From Actinotalea sp. (lineage in GTDB: Bacteria > Actinomycetota > Actinomycetes > Actinomycetales > Cellulomonadaceae): a stretch of DNA of 61,437 bases. The stretch spans positions 1 to 61,437 of the forward strand of contig DAORVC010000004.1 of assembly GCA_035433545.1 (NCBI GenBank). Reading direction: 5' to 3'. Within the stretch, counting starts at the first letter, position 1. Every line of letters starts with the position of its first letter. A program made the position numbers and the translations under genes. Under the pieces are notes generated by a model that saw only the letters and a program-made list of their open reading frames with translations, was not told the DNA's origin and searched no databases. Shown piece by piece: positions 1 through 11,061 of the stretch.

Positions 1-851
1 TCGACGACCGGGGCGACCTCGACAACCGGCTCGGCCTCGACAACCGGCTCGGCAACGACGACCGGGGCCGCGACGGTCTCGGCACCGGCAAGGAGCTCGC
101 GCTCCCACTCGGCCAGCGGCTCGGACGCCGCGGTGTCCTCGGTCGCGGCGGCCTTGCCGGAGTGGCGGGCGATGAGGCCCTCGGCGACGGCGTCGGCGAT
201 CACGCGGGTGAGCAGGGAGACGGCACGGATAGCGTCGTCGTTGCCCGGGATCTGGTAGTCGACCATGTCGGGATCGCAGTTGGTGTCGAGGATCGCGACG
301 ACCGGGATGCCCAGCTTGCGCGCCTCGTCGACGGCGAGGTGCTCCTTGTTGGTGTCGACGATCCACACCGCGGACGGCACACGGGCCATGTCCCGGATGC
401 CACCGAGGGTCTTGGCGAGCTTGTCGCGCTCGCGGCGCATGATGAGCAGCTCCTTCTTCGTGAAGCCGCTGGACGCGACGTCGTCGAAGTCGATCTCCTC
501 GAGCTCCTTGAGGCGCTGCAGGCGCTTGTTGACGGTGGTGAAGTTGGTGAGCATGCCACCGAGCCAGCGCTGGTTGACGTAGGGCATGCCGACACGGGCG
601 GCCTGCTCGGCGACGGGCTCCTGCGCCTGCTTCTTCGTGCCGACGAAGAGGATGGTCCCGCCGTGGGCGACCGTCTGCTTGACGAAGTCGTACGCGCGGT
701 CGATGTACCCGAGCGACTGCTGCAGGTCGACGATGTAGATGCCGTTGCGCTCGGTGAAGATGAACCGCTTCATCTTGGGGTTCCAGCGGCGGGTCTGGTG
801 CCCGAAGTGGACACCGCTCTCGAGCAGCTGGCGCATGGTCACGACGGCCAT
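1..851 (-). CDS. rpsB: 30S ribosomal protein S2 (3' end runs off the window)
   Basis: Reverse strand from ATG at 851 reads [31 protein letters not shown]..., the S2 signature. GGAAGGA RBS upstream. C-terminal tail contains imperfect 18-bp repeats (AEPVVE) at 1-72. Confidence 0.97.
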   Translation of the reverse strand, partial: MAVVTMRQLLESGVHFGHQTRRWNPKMKRFIFTERNGIYIVDLQQSLGYIDRAYDFVKQTVAHGGTILFVGTKKQAQEPVAEQAARVGMPYVNQRWLGGMLTNFTTVNKRLQRLKELEEIDFDDVASSGFTKKELLIMRRERDKLAKTLGGIRDMARVPSAVWIVDTNKEHLAVDEARKLGIPVVAILDTNCDPDMVDYQIPGNDDAIRAVSLLTRVIADAVAEGLIARHSGKAAATEDTAASEPLAEWERELLAGAETVAAPVVVAEPVVEAEPVVEVAPVV

Positions 852-1089
852 GGCACGTCCTTCCGGCGCAGCCCGCGGGGCTGCGCATCAGCAGGCGGGC
901 CGAGGTGGCCCGCATCCGGTTGTCGGCACCGGTCGGGATGACCGGACGCCCCTGGCGCCACGCCGTGCCGACGCCGGGGCCGAGGCCCCGGACCGCTGCC
1001 GGCACGCGCTCCCGCCCCGGATCGCTCCGGTGCTGGCGGGAAGATGGCGCGCGATGTCACCCGGCGGACCGGGCGCGACGGCCATGCTA
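852..1089 (-). promoter_or_regulatory. rpsB promoter (-10 TAGCAT at 1089-1084) and long structured 5' leader, probable S2 autoregulatory (t44-like) element
   Basis: ~230-nt GC-rich leader with several hairpins and a GGCGCCAGGG segment. rpsB leaders are known S2-binding RNAs. Not verified by covariance model. Confidence 0.5.
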
Positions 1090-1216
1090 CCGGATGCGGG
1101 CCCTCGGCCGCCGTCCCGGCGGGGCGCCCGTCCACACGCCCCGCCGGGCGCCGCGTCGTCCACCGGCCCGCGGCACCCCGGTCGGACCTGCTGCGGGGGT
1201 CGGGCACCGTGGGGAC

Positions 1217-1840
1217 GTGCCCGCCGACCACCCCTCCCCCGCACCGCCGGAGCCGACCCGCAGGGCGCACGCGATCGTCGCCGCGACCGGTGCACTGCTC
1301 GCCCTCACGGTGCTCATCGGCGCCCCCGTCGGATCAGCCGAGGTGCGGGCCCCGGCCCATCCGGGCGCCAGCACGGAAGTCTCCCCGGCACACCCGGCCG
1401 CCGACACCGCGGACACCGCGGACACCGCAGCCGCCCACGCCGCGCCCGTGGCCGACGCCCGTGTCGTCTCGGCCTTTCGTCCACCGGCGCGGCGCTGGTC
1501 TGCCGGGCACCGCGGCGTCGACCTCGCGGCGGCGCCCGGCGACCCGGTCCTCGCCCCCGCGCCCGGCGTGGTGACGTTCCAGGGCGTCGTCGTCGATCGC
1601 TCCGTGGTGGTGCTCACGCACCCCGACGGGCTGCGCACGAGCCTGGAGCCCGTGGTCGGCTCGCTGCCCCTCGGCTCCACCGTGGTGCGGGGGGACGTGG
1701 TCGGCGCCGTGGAGGACCGCCCCGGCCACTGCCCCGGGCGGTGCGTGCACTGGGGTGTGCGCCGGGGGCGGGACTACCTCGACCCGCTCAGCCTGCTCGC
1801 GGGCGCCGGGCCGGTGGTGCTGCTGCCGGTCCCGCCGTGA
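1217..1840 (+). CDS. M23 family metallopeptidase, secreted
   Basis: HRGVD (HxxxD) and CVHWG motifs, YLDPL C-terminus, N-terminal hydrophobic stretch. Conserved position divergent from rpsB. Start chosen at GTG 1217 (CACCGT 6 nt upstream). Confidence 0.85.
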   Translation: MPADHPSPAPPEPTRRAHAIVAATGALLALTVLIGAPVGSAEVRAPAHPGASTEVSPAHPAADTADTADTAAAHAAPVADARVVSAFRPPARRWSAGHRGVDLAAAPGDPVLAPAPGVVTFQGVVVDRSVVVLTHPDGLRTSLEPVVGSLPLGSTVVRGDVVGAVEDRPGHCPGRCVHWGVRRGRDYLDPLSLLAGAGPVVLLPVPP

Positions 1841-1890
1841 GCCGGCCGACCGCCGCAGGCTGCCGTCCACGACCGTGATCACGACCGCGA

Positions 1891-2748
1891 TCAGACGCGT
1901 TCGCTCTCCTGCAGGAAGGTCCGCAGGCGCAGCATCGCCGCCGTGTGCATCTGGGAGATCCGGGACTCGGTCACCCCGAGCACCCGGCCGATCTCGGCCA
2001 GGGTCATGTTCTCGTAGTAGTACAGGACCAGGACGATCTTCTCGCGCTCGCCCAGCCGTTCGATCGCCCGCGACAGCAGCACCTTGGTCTCGGCGGCCTC
2101 GACGTTGCCCGCGGGATCGGTCGCGTCGGGGTCCTCGAGCGTGTCCAGGAGCGACAGGGAGTCGCCACGCTCCGAGCCGGCGCCGAGCATCTCGTCGAGC
2201 GCGGCCACGTTGACCGTCGACAGCTGGGTGAAGATGGCGCGCAGGTCGTCCACCCCGATCTCGAGACGGGCCGCGACCTCCTGCTCGGTGGGCGCGCGGC
2301 GCAGCTCGCCCTCGAGCTCGGCGAACGCACGGTCGACCGCTCGGGCCTTGGTGCGGACCGAGCGCGGGATCCAGTCGATCGCGCGCAGCTCGTCGATGAT
2401 CGCGCCGCGGATCCGCGAGCTCGCGTAGGTCTCGAACTTCACCGCGCGGTCGAGCTCGTACTTCTCGATCGCGTCGATGAGGCCGAACATGCCGTAGGAC
2501 ACGAGGTCCGCCTGCTCGACGGTCGAGGGAAGGCCGGCACCCACCCGCCCCGCGACCATGGTCACCAGGGGGGCGAAGTGCAGGATGAGCTTCTCGCGGG
2601 CACCGCGGTCCGCCGTCAGCTTGAAGGTGCGCCACAGCGTGTCGACGGCCCGCGCCTCCTCGGTCAGCGGTTCCGGCTGCGGGGTCGGCCGGTCGACGAC
2701 CGCCGGTGCGGGGGCGTCGTCGTTCTCGGTGCGGGCCGGGGTCGGCAT
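1891..2748 (-). CDS. whiG: RNA polymerase sigma factor, WhiG/FliA (sigma-28) family
   Basis: [39 protein letters not shown], region 4 [20 protein letters not shown]. Same neighbourhood as Streptomyces whiG. Confidence 0.88.
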   Translation of the reverse strand: MPTPARTENDDAPAPAVVDRPTPQPEPLTEEARAVDTLWRTFKLTADRGAREKLILHFAPLVTMVAGRVGAGLPSTVEQADLVSYGMFGLIDAIEKYELDRAVKFETYASSRIRGAIIDELRAIDWIPRSVRTKARAVDRAFAELEGELRRAPTEQEVAARLEIGVDDLRAIFTQLSTVNVAALDEMLGAGSERGDSLSLLDTLEDPDATDPAGNVEAAETKVLLSRAIERLGEREKIVLVLYYYENMTLAEIGRVLGVTESRISQMHTAAMLRLRTFLQESERV

Positions 2749-2758
2749 CGGCTGCCTC

Positions 2759-3655
2759 TCAGGCTCGAGGGTGGGCTTGGAGGTAGGACACGCGCAGGCG
2801 ATCGGCGCTGACGTGCGTGTAGCGCTGCGTCGTGGCGAGGCTGGCATGGCCGAGGATCTCCTGCACGCTGCGCAGGTCGGAGCCGCCCTGGAGCAGGTGG
2901 GTCGCCGCGGTGTGGCGCAGGGCGTGCGGGGCGATGTCGTCGACCCCGGCCAGCTGGGCCGCGCGGTGCACGGCGGTGCGTACCTGGCGCTGGTCGATGC
3001 GCTGACCGCGCCGCCCGAGGAAGGCGGCGGGGCCGGACGTCGACGTGGCGAGCGCCGGCCGGCCCTGCGCGAGCCAGGCGGCCATCGCACGGGCGGCCGG
3101 GACGCCGTACGGCACGATGCGCTCCTTGGCGCCCTTGCCGAACAACCGCACCAGGCGGTCGGTGCCCTGGAGGTCGTCGACGTCGAGCGCCACCAGCTCC
3201 CCGACGCGCGCGCCCGTGGCGTAGAGGAGCTCGAGGACGGCCCAGTCGCGCAGCGCGACGGGGTCCCCGTCCGCAGCCGTCCGGCGCGCCACCTCCAGCA
3301 GGTCGGCCGCGGGGCGGACACCGAGCGCACTGGGCAAGGGCGATCCCGGCTGGGCTGTGACGAGACGGACCGCGGGGTCGCGGGCGATGCGGCCGTCCTG
3401 GACGGCCCAGGCGTAGAACGCTCGCACGGCGGCGCCGCGGCGGGCGATCGTCGCGCGCGTCAGGTGCGTGGTCACCATGGCGGCGAGCCAACCCCGCAGC
3501 AGCGGCAGGTCGACGTCGTCCCACGCGACGCCGTGGCGACGCGCGTAGGCCAGGACGTGCCTGACGTCGCCGCTGTAGGCGCGCACGGTGTGCTCGGACA
3601 GCCCGCGCGCGGCGCGCAGGTGCACACCGAAGGCCGCCACCACCTCATCGGTCAT
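2759..3655 (-). CDS. xerC: Tyrosine recombinase XerC
   Basis: [35 protein letters not shown] catalytic motifs. Conserved dprA-xerC context. Confidence 0.92.
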   Translation of the reverse strand: MTDEVVAAFGVHLRAARGLSEHTVRAYSGDVRHVLAYARRHGVAWDDVDLPLLRGWLAAMVTTHLTRATIARRGAAVRAFYAWAVQDGRIARDPAVRLVTAQPGSPLPSALGVRPAADLLEVARRTAADGDPVALRDWAVLELLYATGARVGELVALDVDDLQGTDRLVRLFGKGAKERIVPYGVPAARAMAAWLAQGRPALATSTSGPAAFLGRRGQRIDQRQVRTAVHRAAQLAGVDDIAPHALRHTAATHLLQGGSDLRSVQEILGHASLATTQRYTHVSADRLRVSYLQAHPRA

Positions 3656-3738
3656 GGCCACCCTGTCCGCAGTCGCAGGTCGCACATGACCTACCGTGGC
3701 CCGTCCGAGCGCTGGTCACAACCCGGACCCGGCAGGTT

Positions 3739-4992
3739 TCACCCGCCGCGCGGGCGCTCGGGCGCCTGCGGTGTCTCAGATCTCGGATCGTGTGCGTCGT
3801 GCGCTCCTCGGGTCGACCGTCGCCACCGGCCATCGTCCTGGACCGCGTACCCGGCGAGCTCGAGCCTACCGAGGCAGGAGCGAAGATCACCGAGCGACAG
3901 GCCAGAAGCGCGGGTCAAGGCCTCGGGCCGGACGCCGGAGCGCAGGGGCAGCGCGTCGAGCACCCGCCGGACCTCGGGTGACATGCCGTCGCCGGGGACG
4001 TCGGCGACCATCGGCTCCGGTGCCGGGCCGCCGCCCGCGAGCTCGAGGACCTCCGGGGCGTCCGTGACGCACACGGCGGCCCCCTCGCGGAGCAGCCGGT
4101 GGCACCCCGCCGACGCAGCGGACGTCACGGGCCCCGGCACGGCGCCCACGGGTCGCAGCAGCCCGGCCGCGTGCCCGGCGGTGCTCAGCGCCCCGGACCG
4201 CCACGCCGCCTCCACGACGACCGTCGCCCGTGTCAGGGCTGCGATGAGCCGGTTGCGCTGGAGGAACCGGGTGCGGCTCGGCACCGACCCCACGGGGACC
4301 TCGCTGACCAGCGCGCCGGTCTGAGCCGCGGCGGCCAGCAGCCGGACGTTGCCTGCCGGGTAGGGCCGGTCCAGGCCACCGGCGAGCACCGCGACGGTGC
4401 GGCCCCCGGCGGCGATCGTCGCCCGGTGCGCGGCGGCGTCGATCCCGTAGGCCCCACCGGACACGACCGTCCAGCCAGCGTCCGCCACCCCGCCCGCGAC
4501 CTCCGCCGCGACGCGCTCGCCGTAGGGCGTGCACGCCCTCGCCCCGATGAGGGCGACCGAGCGCTCCAGCAGGGGCTCCAGCGGCGCGACGCCCAGCTGC
4601 CACAGGCACGCCGGAGCCGCAGGGCCGAGGTCGTCGAGCCGCGCTGGCCAGCAGGGCTCCTCGGGCACGAGCACGCGCCCGCCCAGCCGGACGACGGCGT
4701 CGATGTCGCGCCGCGGGTCGAGACCCTCCCGCCGTGCAGCCCAACCGCCCAGCGCGCGGTCCAGCCGCGCGAGGGCCGGGGCGCTCAGGCCAGCGTGCGG
4801 TCCGCCACCGGCGGCACCGCGCAGCCAGGCCGCGCGGACCCAGTCGAGCGCCTCGACGGGTCCGAGCGCCTGCACGAGCGCCCCCGCGACCAGGTCGCCC
4901 GGCTCGACGAGCCGGCTCCACGCCGCCCTGGCGTGCACCACGGCGCTGTCGGGCCCGTACGGCACCGAGCCGCCGGCAGCGGGCGCGCTCAT
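3739..4992 (-). CDS. dprA: DNA-processing protein DprA
   Basis: VALIGARACTPYG, VVSGGAYGIDAAAH, RFLQRNRLIAAL, VEAAWRSGAL. ATGA overlap with upstream gene. Confidence 0.95.
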   Translation of the reverse strand: MSAPAAGGSVPYGPDSAVVHARAAWSRLVEPGDLVAGALVQALGPVEALDWVRAAWLRGAAGGGPHAGLSAPALARLDRALGGWAARREGLDPRRDIDAVVRLGGRVLVPEEPCWPARLDDLGPAAPACLWQLGVAPLEPLLERSVALIGARACTPYGERVAAEVAGGVADAGWTVVSGGAYGIDAAAHRATIAAGGRTVAVLAGGLDRPYPAGNVRLLAAAAQTGALVSEVPVGSVPSRTRFLQRNRLIAALTRATVVVEAAWRSGALSTAGHAAGLLRPVGAVPGPVTSAASAGCHRLLREGAAVCVTDAPEVLELAGGGPAPEPMVADVPGDGMSPEVRRVLDALPLRSGVRPEALTRASGLSLGDLRSCLGRLELAGYAVQDDGRWRRSTRGAHDAHDPRSETPQAPERPRGG

Positions 4993-6521
4993 CCGCCCAC
5001 CTGCCCCCGGGTGCGCAGCAGCAGGGCCTGCCCCACCTGCTCTGGCCCCGGCACCGCGAGGCCGGCGAGGTCGGCCAGCGTCCAGGCGACGCGGAGCACG
5101 CGGTCGACGCCGCGCAGGCTCAGCAGCCCGGTGTCCAGCGCGCGGTCGAGGTCGCGGTGCACCGCCGGCCCGCCGTGCGCGCGCAGCCACGTCCCTGGCA
5201 CCTCGGCGTTGGTCCGCCACTCCGTCCCGCGCAGCCGCTCCGTCGCCGCAGCCCGCGCCGCGGCGACGCGTGCGCCCACGACGGCAGTGCTCTCCGGGCT
5301 CACGGACGCCGTCCGCTCGGCTCGGGTGACCGGCAGCACCTCGAGCTGCATGTCCACGCGGTCGAGGAGCGGTCCCGACAGGCGCGAGAAGTACCGTCGC
5401 CGCGCCAGCGAGGTGCACGAGCAGTCCAGCCCCTTGCCGACCGACCGGCCGCACGGGCACGGATTCGCGGCGAGCACCAGCTGGAAGCGAGCCGGGTAGC
5501 GCGCCGTGCCGCCGGAACGGTGGATGACCAGCTCACCGTGCTCGAGCGGCTGCCGCAGGGTCTGCAGCACGCGCGGCGAGAACTCCGGGGCCTCGTCCAT
5601 GAAGAGCACCCCCCGGTGGGCCCGCGACGCGGCACCGGGGCGGGGCAGACCCGATCCCCCGCCGACCACCGCGGCCGGGGTGGCGGTGTGGTGCGGGTCC
5701 TCGAAGGGCGGTCGCCGCAGCAGGCCGCCCGCCGGGTGGAAGGTCCCGGCCACCGAGTGGATGGCCGTGACCTCGACCGCCTCGCGCTCGTCGAGGTCCG
5801 GCAGCAGCCCCGGGAGCCGCGCAGCGAGCATGGTCTTGCCCGCCCCGGGTGGCCCGACCATGAGCAGGTGGTGGCCGCCGGCCGCCGCGACCTCCAGCGC
5901 CCAGCGCGCGGGTGCCTGGCCCAGCACGTCCGCCAGGTCGGCGCCACCGGGGCGCGGGGCGACATCCGGCTCGAGCAGCATCGGCCGGTCGTCTGCCGGC
6001 ACCTCCACCTCGGCGCCGTACCCGTGCGCCACCTCGGCGAGGCTGCCGGCTGCCACCACCTGCGCGCCCGGAACGAGCGCTGCCTCCGCGGCGTTGCCGA
6101 GCGGGACGACCACGCGACGATGGCCAGCGGCCACCGCTGCCGCGACCGCCGGGAGGATGCCGCGCACGGGCCGCAACCGGCCGTCGAGGCCGAGCTCGCC
6201 GAGGTGGACCGTGCCCGCCACGGCGTCGGCGGTGCACGCCCCGGCACCGGCCAGGGTCGCCACGGCGATCGCCAGGTCGAACCCCGAGCCCGCCTTGGGC
6301 AGCGAGGCGGGCGAGAGGTTGACGGTGATCCGGCGCTGCGGCCAGGCGAGCCCGCTGGAGTGCACGGCAGCCCGCACGCGGTCGCGCGCCTCGGCCAGCG
6401 AGGCGTCCGGCAGCCCGACGAGGGCGAACCCCGGGACGGAGGCGGCCAGGTGCGCCTCGACCTCGACGACGTGACCCGTGAGCCCCACGATGGAGACGCC
6501 GAGCGTGCGTCCCAGCCCCAT
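4989..6521 (-). CDS. comM: YifB/ComM family Mg-chelatase-like AAA+ ATPase
   Basis: ITVNLSPASLPKAGSGFDL, Walker A GPPGAGKT, LAANPCPCG, SGPLLDRVD. Confidence 0.92.
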   Translation of the reverse strand: MGLGRTLGVSIVGLTGHVVEVEAHLAASVPGFALVGLPDASLAEARDRVRAAVHSSGLAWPQRRITVNLSPASLPKAGSGFDLAIAVATLAGAGACTADAVAGTVHLGELGLDGRLRPVRGILPAVAAAVAAGHRRVVVPLGNAAEAALVPGAQVVAAGSLAEVAHGYGAEVEVPADDRPMLLEPDVAPRPGGADLADVLGQAPARWALEVAAAGGHHLLMVGPPGAGKTMLAARLPGLLPDLDEREAVEVTAIHSVAGTFHPAGGLLRRPPFEDPHHTATPAAVVGGGSGLPRPGAASRAHRGVLFMDEAPEFSPRVLQTLRQPLEHGELVIHRSGGTARYPARFQLVLAANPCPCGRSVGKGLDCSCTSLARRRYFSRLSGPLLDRVDMQLEVLPVTRAERTASVSPESTAVVGARVAAARAAATERLRGTEWRTNAEVPGTWLRAHGGPAVHRDLDRALDTGLLSLRGVDRVLRVAWTLADLAGLAVPGPEQVGQALLLRTRGQVGG

Positions 6522-6877
6522 CAGGACACCCCTCGCAGGTGCTCAACGGTGGCCGGGCCGCTGCGCGCCGTGCGCACCGCGATGACGTCGATCCGCACGC
6601 TGCGCGGGTGGACGTCGTGCGTCGCGAGCCACTGCCCCGCGAGCCGGCGGAGCCGGGCGAGCTTCACCGGGGTGACGGCCTCGGCCGGGTGACCGAACCC
6701 GTCGCCGGAGCGCGTCTTGACCTCCACGACGACCAGCTCGGTGCCCGCCAGCGCGACGATGTCGAGCTCCCCGCCCGTACCGCGCCAGTTGCGGTCGAGC
6801 ACCTGCCACCCGGCGCGCACCAGGTGCGCGGCAGCGACGTTCTCGCCGTACCGTCCGACGGCATCCTTGGCCCGCAT
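6521..6877 (-). CDS. yraN: YraN family putative endonuclease (UPF0102)
   Basis: GRYGE, RNWR, GELDIVA, VEVKTR, RIDV motifs. GGAGG RBS. Confidence 0.92.
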   Translation of the reverse strand: MRAKDAVGRYGENVAAAHLVRAGWQVLDRNWRGTGGELDIVALAGTELVVVEVKTRSGDGFGHPAEAVTPVKLARLRRLAGQWLATHDVHPRSVRIDVIAVRTARSGPATVEHLRGVS

Positions 6878-7008
6878 GCGACCACCTCCGCACCCACCGT
6901 GGGGCACGTGCGACGGTCACCGCCGGGAGGGTCCCGTCGCCTGGGGACGAACCTCGCGGACGGGGTACCTGTGGAGCACCCGTGCGCGGCCGTGCCGGAC
7001 CGTGCGCC

Positions 7009-7332
7009 TCAGCGGCGGAACGCGCCGCCGTCGGGCAGGTCGAGGTCGGTCTTGACGAGCTCCTCGACGTTGACGTCCTTGAACGTCACGACACGCACGG
7101 CCCGGACGAAGCGGGCCGACCGGTAGACGTCCCACACCCACGCGTCGGTGAGCGAGACCTCGAAGTACACCTCGCCGGCGGCCGAGCGAACCTGCAGGTC
7201 GACCTGGTTCGCCAGGTAGAACCTGCGCTCGGTCTCCACGACGTAGGCGAACAGGCCCACGACGTCGCGGTACTCGCGGTAGAGCGCGAGCTCCATCTCG
7301 GTCTCGTAGTTCTCGAGGTCCTCGGCGCTCAC
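7009..7332 (-). CDS. DUF2469 family protein
   Basis: [24 protein letters not shown] ... [14 protein letters not shown], highly conserved actinobacterial protein between rnhB and yraN. Confidence 0.92.
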   Translation of the reverse strand: MSAEDLENYETEMELALYREYRDVVGLFAYVVETERRFYLANQVDLQVRSAAGEVYFEVSLTDAWVWDVYRSARFVRAVRVVTFKDVNVEELVKTDLDLPDGGAFRR

Positions 7333-8171
7333 GCGTCCATCATGGACCATGCGCGCGGGTCGTCCGTGCCGAGCAGGTCGACGGCGGACGCCGACGGGAC
7401 GGTCCCGCCTGCCTGCGGGCCCCTGTCCGGCAGACGCCAGCTACGGCGGTGGTGCTGCGTCGTGCCCAGGTCACGCAGCGCGGCCAGGTGCTCGGGCGCC
7501 CCGTAGCCCTTGTTCTCGTCCCACCGGTAGGCCGGGTGCGTCGGCGCGAGATCGACCATGAGCGCGTCGCGCTCGCACTTGGCCAGGACGCTCGCCGCGG
7601 CCACCGAGGAGCACGTCCGGTCCGCCTTGACCCGGGTCACCACGCGCGGCGCGCCGAGGGATGCCCACGCGACCAGCCCGCCGGCCCCCGCCGGTTCGCT
7701 GCCGTCGTCGCGTCCGTCGGGTCCGCCGAGGCCGCGAAGGCCGTCGAGCAGGTCCGCCGCAGGGCAGCTGAGCCAGTCGTGCGAGCCGTCCAGCAGCACG
7801 ACGTCGACGCGCAGGTCCAGCGACGCCAGCGCCCGGCACCCGGCGAGGCGCAGCGCGGCGACGATCCCGACGTCGTCGATCTCCGCAGGGCTCGCGTGCC
7901 CGACCGCGCGCGCCCTGCCCCAGCGCCCGAGGGGGCCGAGCAGCGCCGTGCGGGCCGCGGGGCGCAGCAGCTTGGAGTCCGCGACCCCCGGCGGGCAGGC
8001 TCGGGTGCCGAGGTCCACCGCGACCACCCCCACGCTCACCGGTCCGGCCAGCGCACCACGACCGACCTCGTCCATCCCCGCGACGACACCGGCGCCGGCG
8101 CGCAGCAGCGAGCGCTCGTGCCGCAGGTCGGGCCGCCCGCTGCGCCCGGCGGCCCGGGGCGCCGTGCTCAC
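7329..8171 (-). CDS. rnhB: Ribonuclease HII
   Basis: [37 protein letters not shown]. Confidence 0.95.
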   Translation of the reverse strand: MSTAPRAAGRSGRPDLRHERSLLRAGAGVVAGMDEVGRGALAGPVSVGVVAVDLGTRACPPGVADSKLLRPAARTALLGPLGRWGRARAVGHASPAEIDDVGIVAALRLAGCRALASLDLRVDVVLLDGSHDWLSCPAADLLDGLRGLGGPDGRDDGSEPAGAGGLVAWASLGAPRVVTRVKADRTCSSVAAASVLAKCERDALMVDLAPTHPAYRWDENKGYGAPEHLAALRDLGTTQHHRRSWRLPDRGPQAGGTVPSASAVDLLGTDDPRAWSMMDA

Positions 8172-8944
8172 GGCGTCGCCGGCTCGCCCACGCCGGCGAA
8201 CGTCGCCCCGGGGTTGCGCAGCAGGCCGATCCGGTCGAGCGGCCAGAGCGTGACGAAGGCCGTCCCGACGACGTCGGCCAGCGGCACGCTGCCGCCCCCG
8301 GGACCGCCCTGCTGGTAGCGCGAGTCCTGCGAGCTCTGCCGGTTGTCACCCATGACCCACAGGGCGCCGGCGGGGACCACGACGGAGAACTCCATCTCGC
8401 TGGGGATCGACCCGGCGGCGATGTACGGCTCGTCGATCGGCACGCCGTTGACGATGAGCCGGCCCTGCTCGTCGCAGCACTCCACGGTGTCCCCCGCCAC
8501 ACCGATGACGCGCTTGATGAGGTGCTCGCCGGAGTCCTGCGGCAGCAGGCCGATGTAGGTCAGCACCGAGGTGATCCGTCGGCTGAGCGCCGTGCTGGTG
8601 TCGGGACCGGGGTCCGGCAGCCAGCCCCCCGGGTCCTTGAACACCACGACGTCCCCGCGGTGCACCTCGAACGGCCCCGGGACGAGCTTGGAGACGAGCA
8701 CCCGGTCACCGACGAGCAGCGTGTTCTGCATCGACCCGCTGGGGATGAAGAAGGCCTGGGCGAGGAACGTCTTGATGACCAGGGAGAGCACCACCGCGCT
8801 GACGACGATGATCGCGGCCTCGCGGACGAGCACGAGGAACCCCGCCCGCTGCGGTTCCGTCCGGGGGCGGTGCCCGGGGCCGAACGGCTCGTCGGCGCCG
8901 TCGTCGCGACGGTGCTGGGGCACGGCGGGATCGCGGTCTGTCAC
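8168..8944 (-). CDS. lepB: Signal peptidase I
   Basis: TM segment, IPSGSM (catalytic Ser), LIKRVIG (catalytic Lys), [11 protein letters not shown]. Confidence 0.95.
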   Translation of the reverse strand: MTDRDPAVPQHRRDDGADEPFGPGHRPRTEPQRAGFLVLVREAAIIVVSAVVLSLVIKTFLAQAFFIPSGSMQNTLLVGDRVLVSKLVPGPFEVHRGDVVVFKDPGGWLPDPGPDTSTALSRRITSVLTYIGLLPQDSGEHLIKRVIGVAGDTVECCDEQGRLIVNGVPIDEPYIAAGSIPSEMEFSVVVPAGALWVMGDNRQSSQDSRYQQGGPGGGSVPLADVVGTAFVTLWPLDRIGLLRNPGATFAGVGEPATP

Positions 8945-8976
8945 GCGCACACTCTGCCATGCCCACCCGTGGCGGG

Positions 8977-9034
8977 CCGCAGACGCCGACGGGCGGCCAC
9001 CCTTGTGGGGGTGGCCGCCCGTCGGCGTCTGCGG
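8977..9034 (-). terminator. Long inverted repeat (26-bp perfect stem, 6-nt loop) directly after rplS
   Basis: CCGCAGACGCCGACGGGCGGCCACCC (8977-9002) pairs with its complement (9009-9034), 4 nt past the rplS stop. Confidence 0.75.
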
Positions 9035-9038
9035 AGGG

Positions 9039-9398
9039 TTACCGGCCGGCCGGCGTGTCCCGCTTCTCCTTGATCTTCGCCTTCTTGCCGCGCAGCTTGC
9101 GCAGGTAGTACAGCTTGGCCCGGCGGACGTCACCACGGGTGACGACCTCGATGGACTCGAGCGACGGGGAGTGCACCGGGAAGGTGCGCTCGACGCCGAC
9201 GCCGAAGCTGACCTTGCGGACGGTGAAGGTCTCGCGCACGCCGCCGCCGGAGCGGCGGATGACGACGCCCTGGAACGCCTGGATGCGCGAGCGCGTGCCC
9301 TCGACGACCTTGACGTTGACCTTGAGCGTGTCCCCCGGGCGGAAGTCGGGGATGTCGGACCGCAGCGAGGCTGCGTCGACCGAGTCGAGGATGTGCAT
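9039..9398 (-). CDS. rplS: 50S ribosomal protein L19
   Basis: [37 protein letters not shown]. Confidence 0.97.
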   Translation of the reverse strand: MHILDSVDAASLRSDIPDFRPGDTLKVNVKVVEGTRSRIQAFQGVVIRRSGGGVRETFTVRKVSFGVGVERTFPVHSPSLESIEVVTRGDVRRAKLYYLRKLRGKKAKIKEKRDTPAGR

Positions 9399-9541
9399 CG
9401 GATCTCCTTCGCGCTGCCGCCAGGTCAGTCGCGTCACGGGGCCGCCGCAACGGCGGCCCGACGGTTCAGGTGGTGGGTGCGAACCTCGCTGCCGTGACCG
9501 TCTCCCCTGGGGCAGAGACGCGGCGGACGCACACCAACGGG

Positions 9542-10393
9542 TCAGTCTGCCACAGGCTCCGGGGTCGAAGCCACGCCGGGCGTGCCGTCCGGCCTCACGA
9601 CTGGCCGGTCGTCTGGCCGGTCGTCTGGCCGGGTCGTGCGCTCCGCGAGCGCGTCCAGGACGGCCCGGTCGTGGCGGTCGAGACCCGCCGGGTCGAGCGC
9701 GTCGACGAGGTCGGGGCGCCGTTGGGCCGTGCGCTCCAGGGACCGGTCGCGGCGCCAGCGGGCGATCCGCGCGTGGTGGCCCGAGAGCAGCACGTCGGGT
9801 ACCGCCAGCCCGCGCCACGCCGGCGGGCGCGTGTAGACGGGGTACTCCAGCAGGCCCGCCGCACCGTGCGACTCCTCGACGAGGGACTCGGGGTTGCCCA
9901 CCACCCCCGGCAGCAGCCGGGCGACGGCCTCGACGACCACGAGCGCCGCGACCTCGCCGCCGTTGAGCACGTAGTCGCCCAGGGAGACCTCGGTGACCCG
10001 CACACCGCGGGACCGGTAGTGCTCCGCGACGCGCGCGTCGATCCCCTCGTACCGCCCGCACGCGACGACGAGGTGCTCGGCCCCGGCCAGGCGCTCGGCC
10101 GTGCGCTGGGTGAACGGTTCGCCGGACGGCGTCGGCACCAGCAGCTCTGGCACGAGGTCGGGGTTCGCGGCGAGCAGCGCGTCGAGCGCCTCGCCCCAGA
10201 CGTCGGGCTTCATCACCATGCCGGCCCCGCCGCCCAGCGGCGTGTCGTCGACCGTGCGGTGCCGGTCGGTCGCCCAGTCGCGCAGGTCGTGCACCCGCAG
10301 CTCGAGCAGACCCGCGGCCCGCGCCCTGCCGACGAGCGAGAGCTCCAGCGGCGCGAGGTACTCCGGGAAGATCGTGACGACGTCGATCCGCAC
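9542..10393 (-). CDS. trmD: tRNA (guanine-37-N1)-methyltransferase TrmD
   Basis: [40 protein letters not shown]. 12-bp repeat (RPDD) in tail at ~9601-9632. Confidence 0.96.
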   Translation of the reverse strand: MRIDVVTIFPEYLAPLELSLVGRARAAGLLELRVHDLRDWATDRHRTVDDTPLGGGAGMVMKPDVWGEALDALLAANPDLVPELLVPTPSGEPFTQRTAERLAGAEHLVVACGRYEGIDARVAEHYRSRGVRVTEVSLGDYVLNGGEVAALVVVEAVARLLPGVVGNPESLVEESHGAAGLLEYPVYTRPPAWRGLAVPDVLLSGHHARIARWRRDRSLERTAQRRPDLVDALDPAGLDRHDRAVLDALAERTTRPDDRPDDRPVVRPDGTPGVASTPEPVAD

Positions 10394-10394
10394 G

Positions 10395-10979
10395 TCAGGC
10401 CTCGTCCGACCCCACGTCGGCGGTCGGGCCGGCGGCGCCGCCGTCGTCGTCGTCGGCCTCGTCGTCGTCGACCGGGCCGTCGGCCGCGAGCAGCCCGTGC
10501 GGCGCGTCGAGCACCACGCGCCCCCCGGGGACGTCGACCACCGGGACGATGGCGCGGACGAAGGGCACCAGCGTGCGCTGCCCCCCGGTCTCCCGGACCA
10601 CCAGCGCGTCCTGGGCCGGCAGGTGCTCCAGACCGATCACCTCGCCCACGACGGTGCCGTCGAGCCGCTCGACCCGCAGGCCGGCGAGCTCGTACGGGTA
10701 CCAGGCGTCCTCCTCGGTGGAGTCCTGCGCCGGCACGACGAGCTGCACGCCGCGCAGGGCCTCGGCGCCCGTGCGGTCGGCGACCTGCTCGAAGCCGACG
10801 AACCAGTGGTCGCCCTGGCTCCGCACGCGGGCGACGGTCAGCGGGCCGACGGCGGGCGGGTCGGTGGCGAGCACCGCGCCGACCGTGAAGCGCTGCTCCG
10901 GCACGTCGGTCCGCACGTCCAGGACGACGTCGCCCCGCAGCCCGTGGGCGCGGCCGATCGTCGCGACGGCCAGGTCCAT
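10395..10979 (-). CDS. rimM: Ribosome maturation factor RimM
   Basis: [24 protein letters not shown]. Conserved rpsP-khpA-rimM-trmD-rplS order. Confidence 0.94.
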   Translation of the reverse strand: MDLAVATIGRAHGLRGDVVLDVRTDVPEQRFTVGAVLATDPPAVGPLTVARVRSQGDHWFVGFEQVADRTGAEALRGVQLVVPAQDSTEEDAWYPYELAGLRVERLDGTVVGEVIGLEHLPAQDALVVRETGGQRTLVPFVRAIVPVVDVPGGRVVLDAPHGLLAADGPVDDDEADDDDGGAAGPTADVGSDEA

Positions 10980-11012
10980 GGGGTTCCTCCGCGGGTCGGG
11001 TGGGGCAAGACT

Positions 11013-11047
11013 CAGGCCCGGCCCCCAGGGTACGGGGGCCGGGCCTG
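11013..11047 (-). terminator. 14-bp stem-loop after rpsP-khpA
   Basis: CAGGCCCGGCCCCC / GGGGGCCGGGCCTG inverted repeat with 7-nt loop, followed by AGTCTT on the minus strand. Confidence 0.65.
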
Positions 11048-11061
11048 CTGGTCGTGCGGGC

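Noticed and set aside
2759-3655. Tyrosine recombinase as a possible prophage/ICE integrase
   Set aside because: Size and the conserved dprA-xerC-rpsB neighbourhood identify the housekeeping XerC. No att sites or phage genes seen.
6940-6982. CTGGGGACGA and CTGTGGAGCA, loosely DnaA-box-like, upstream of yraN
   Set aside because: Two or more mismatches to TGTGGATAA each and only two copies. Insufficient evidence.
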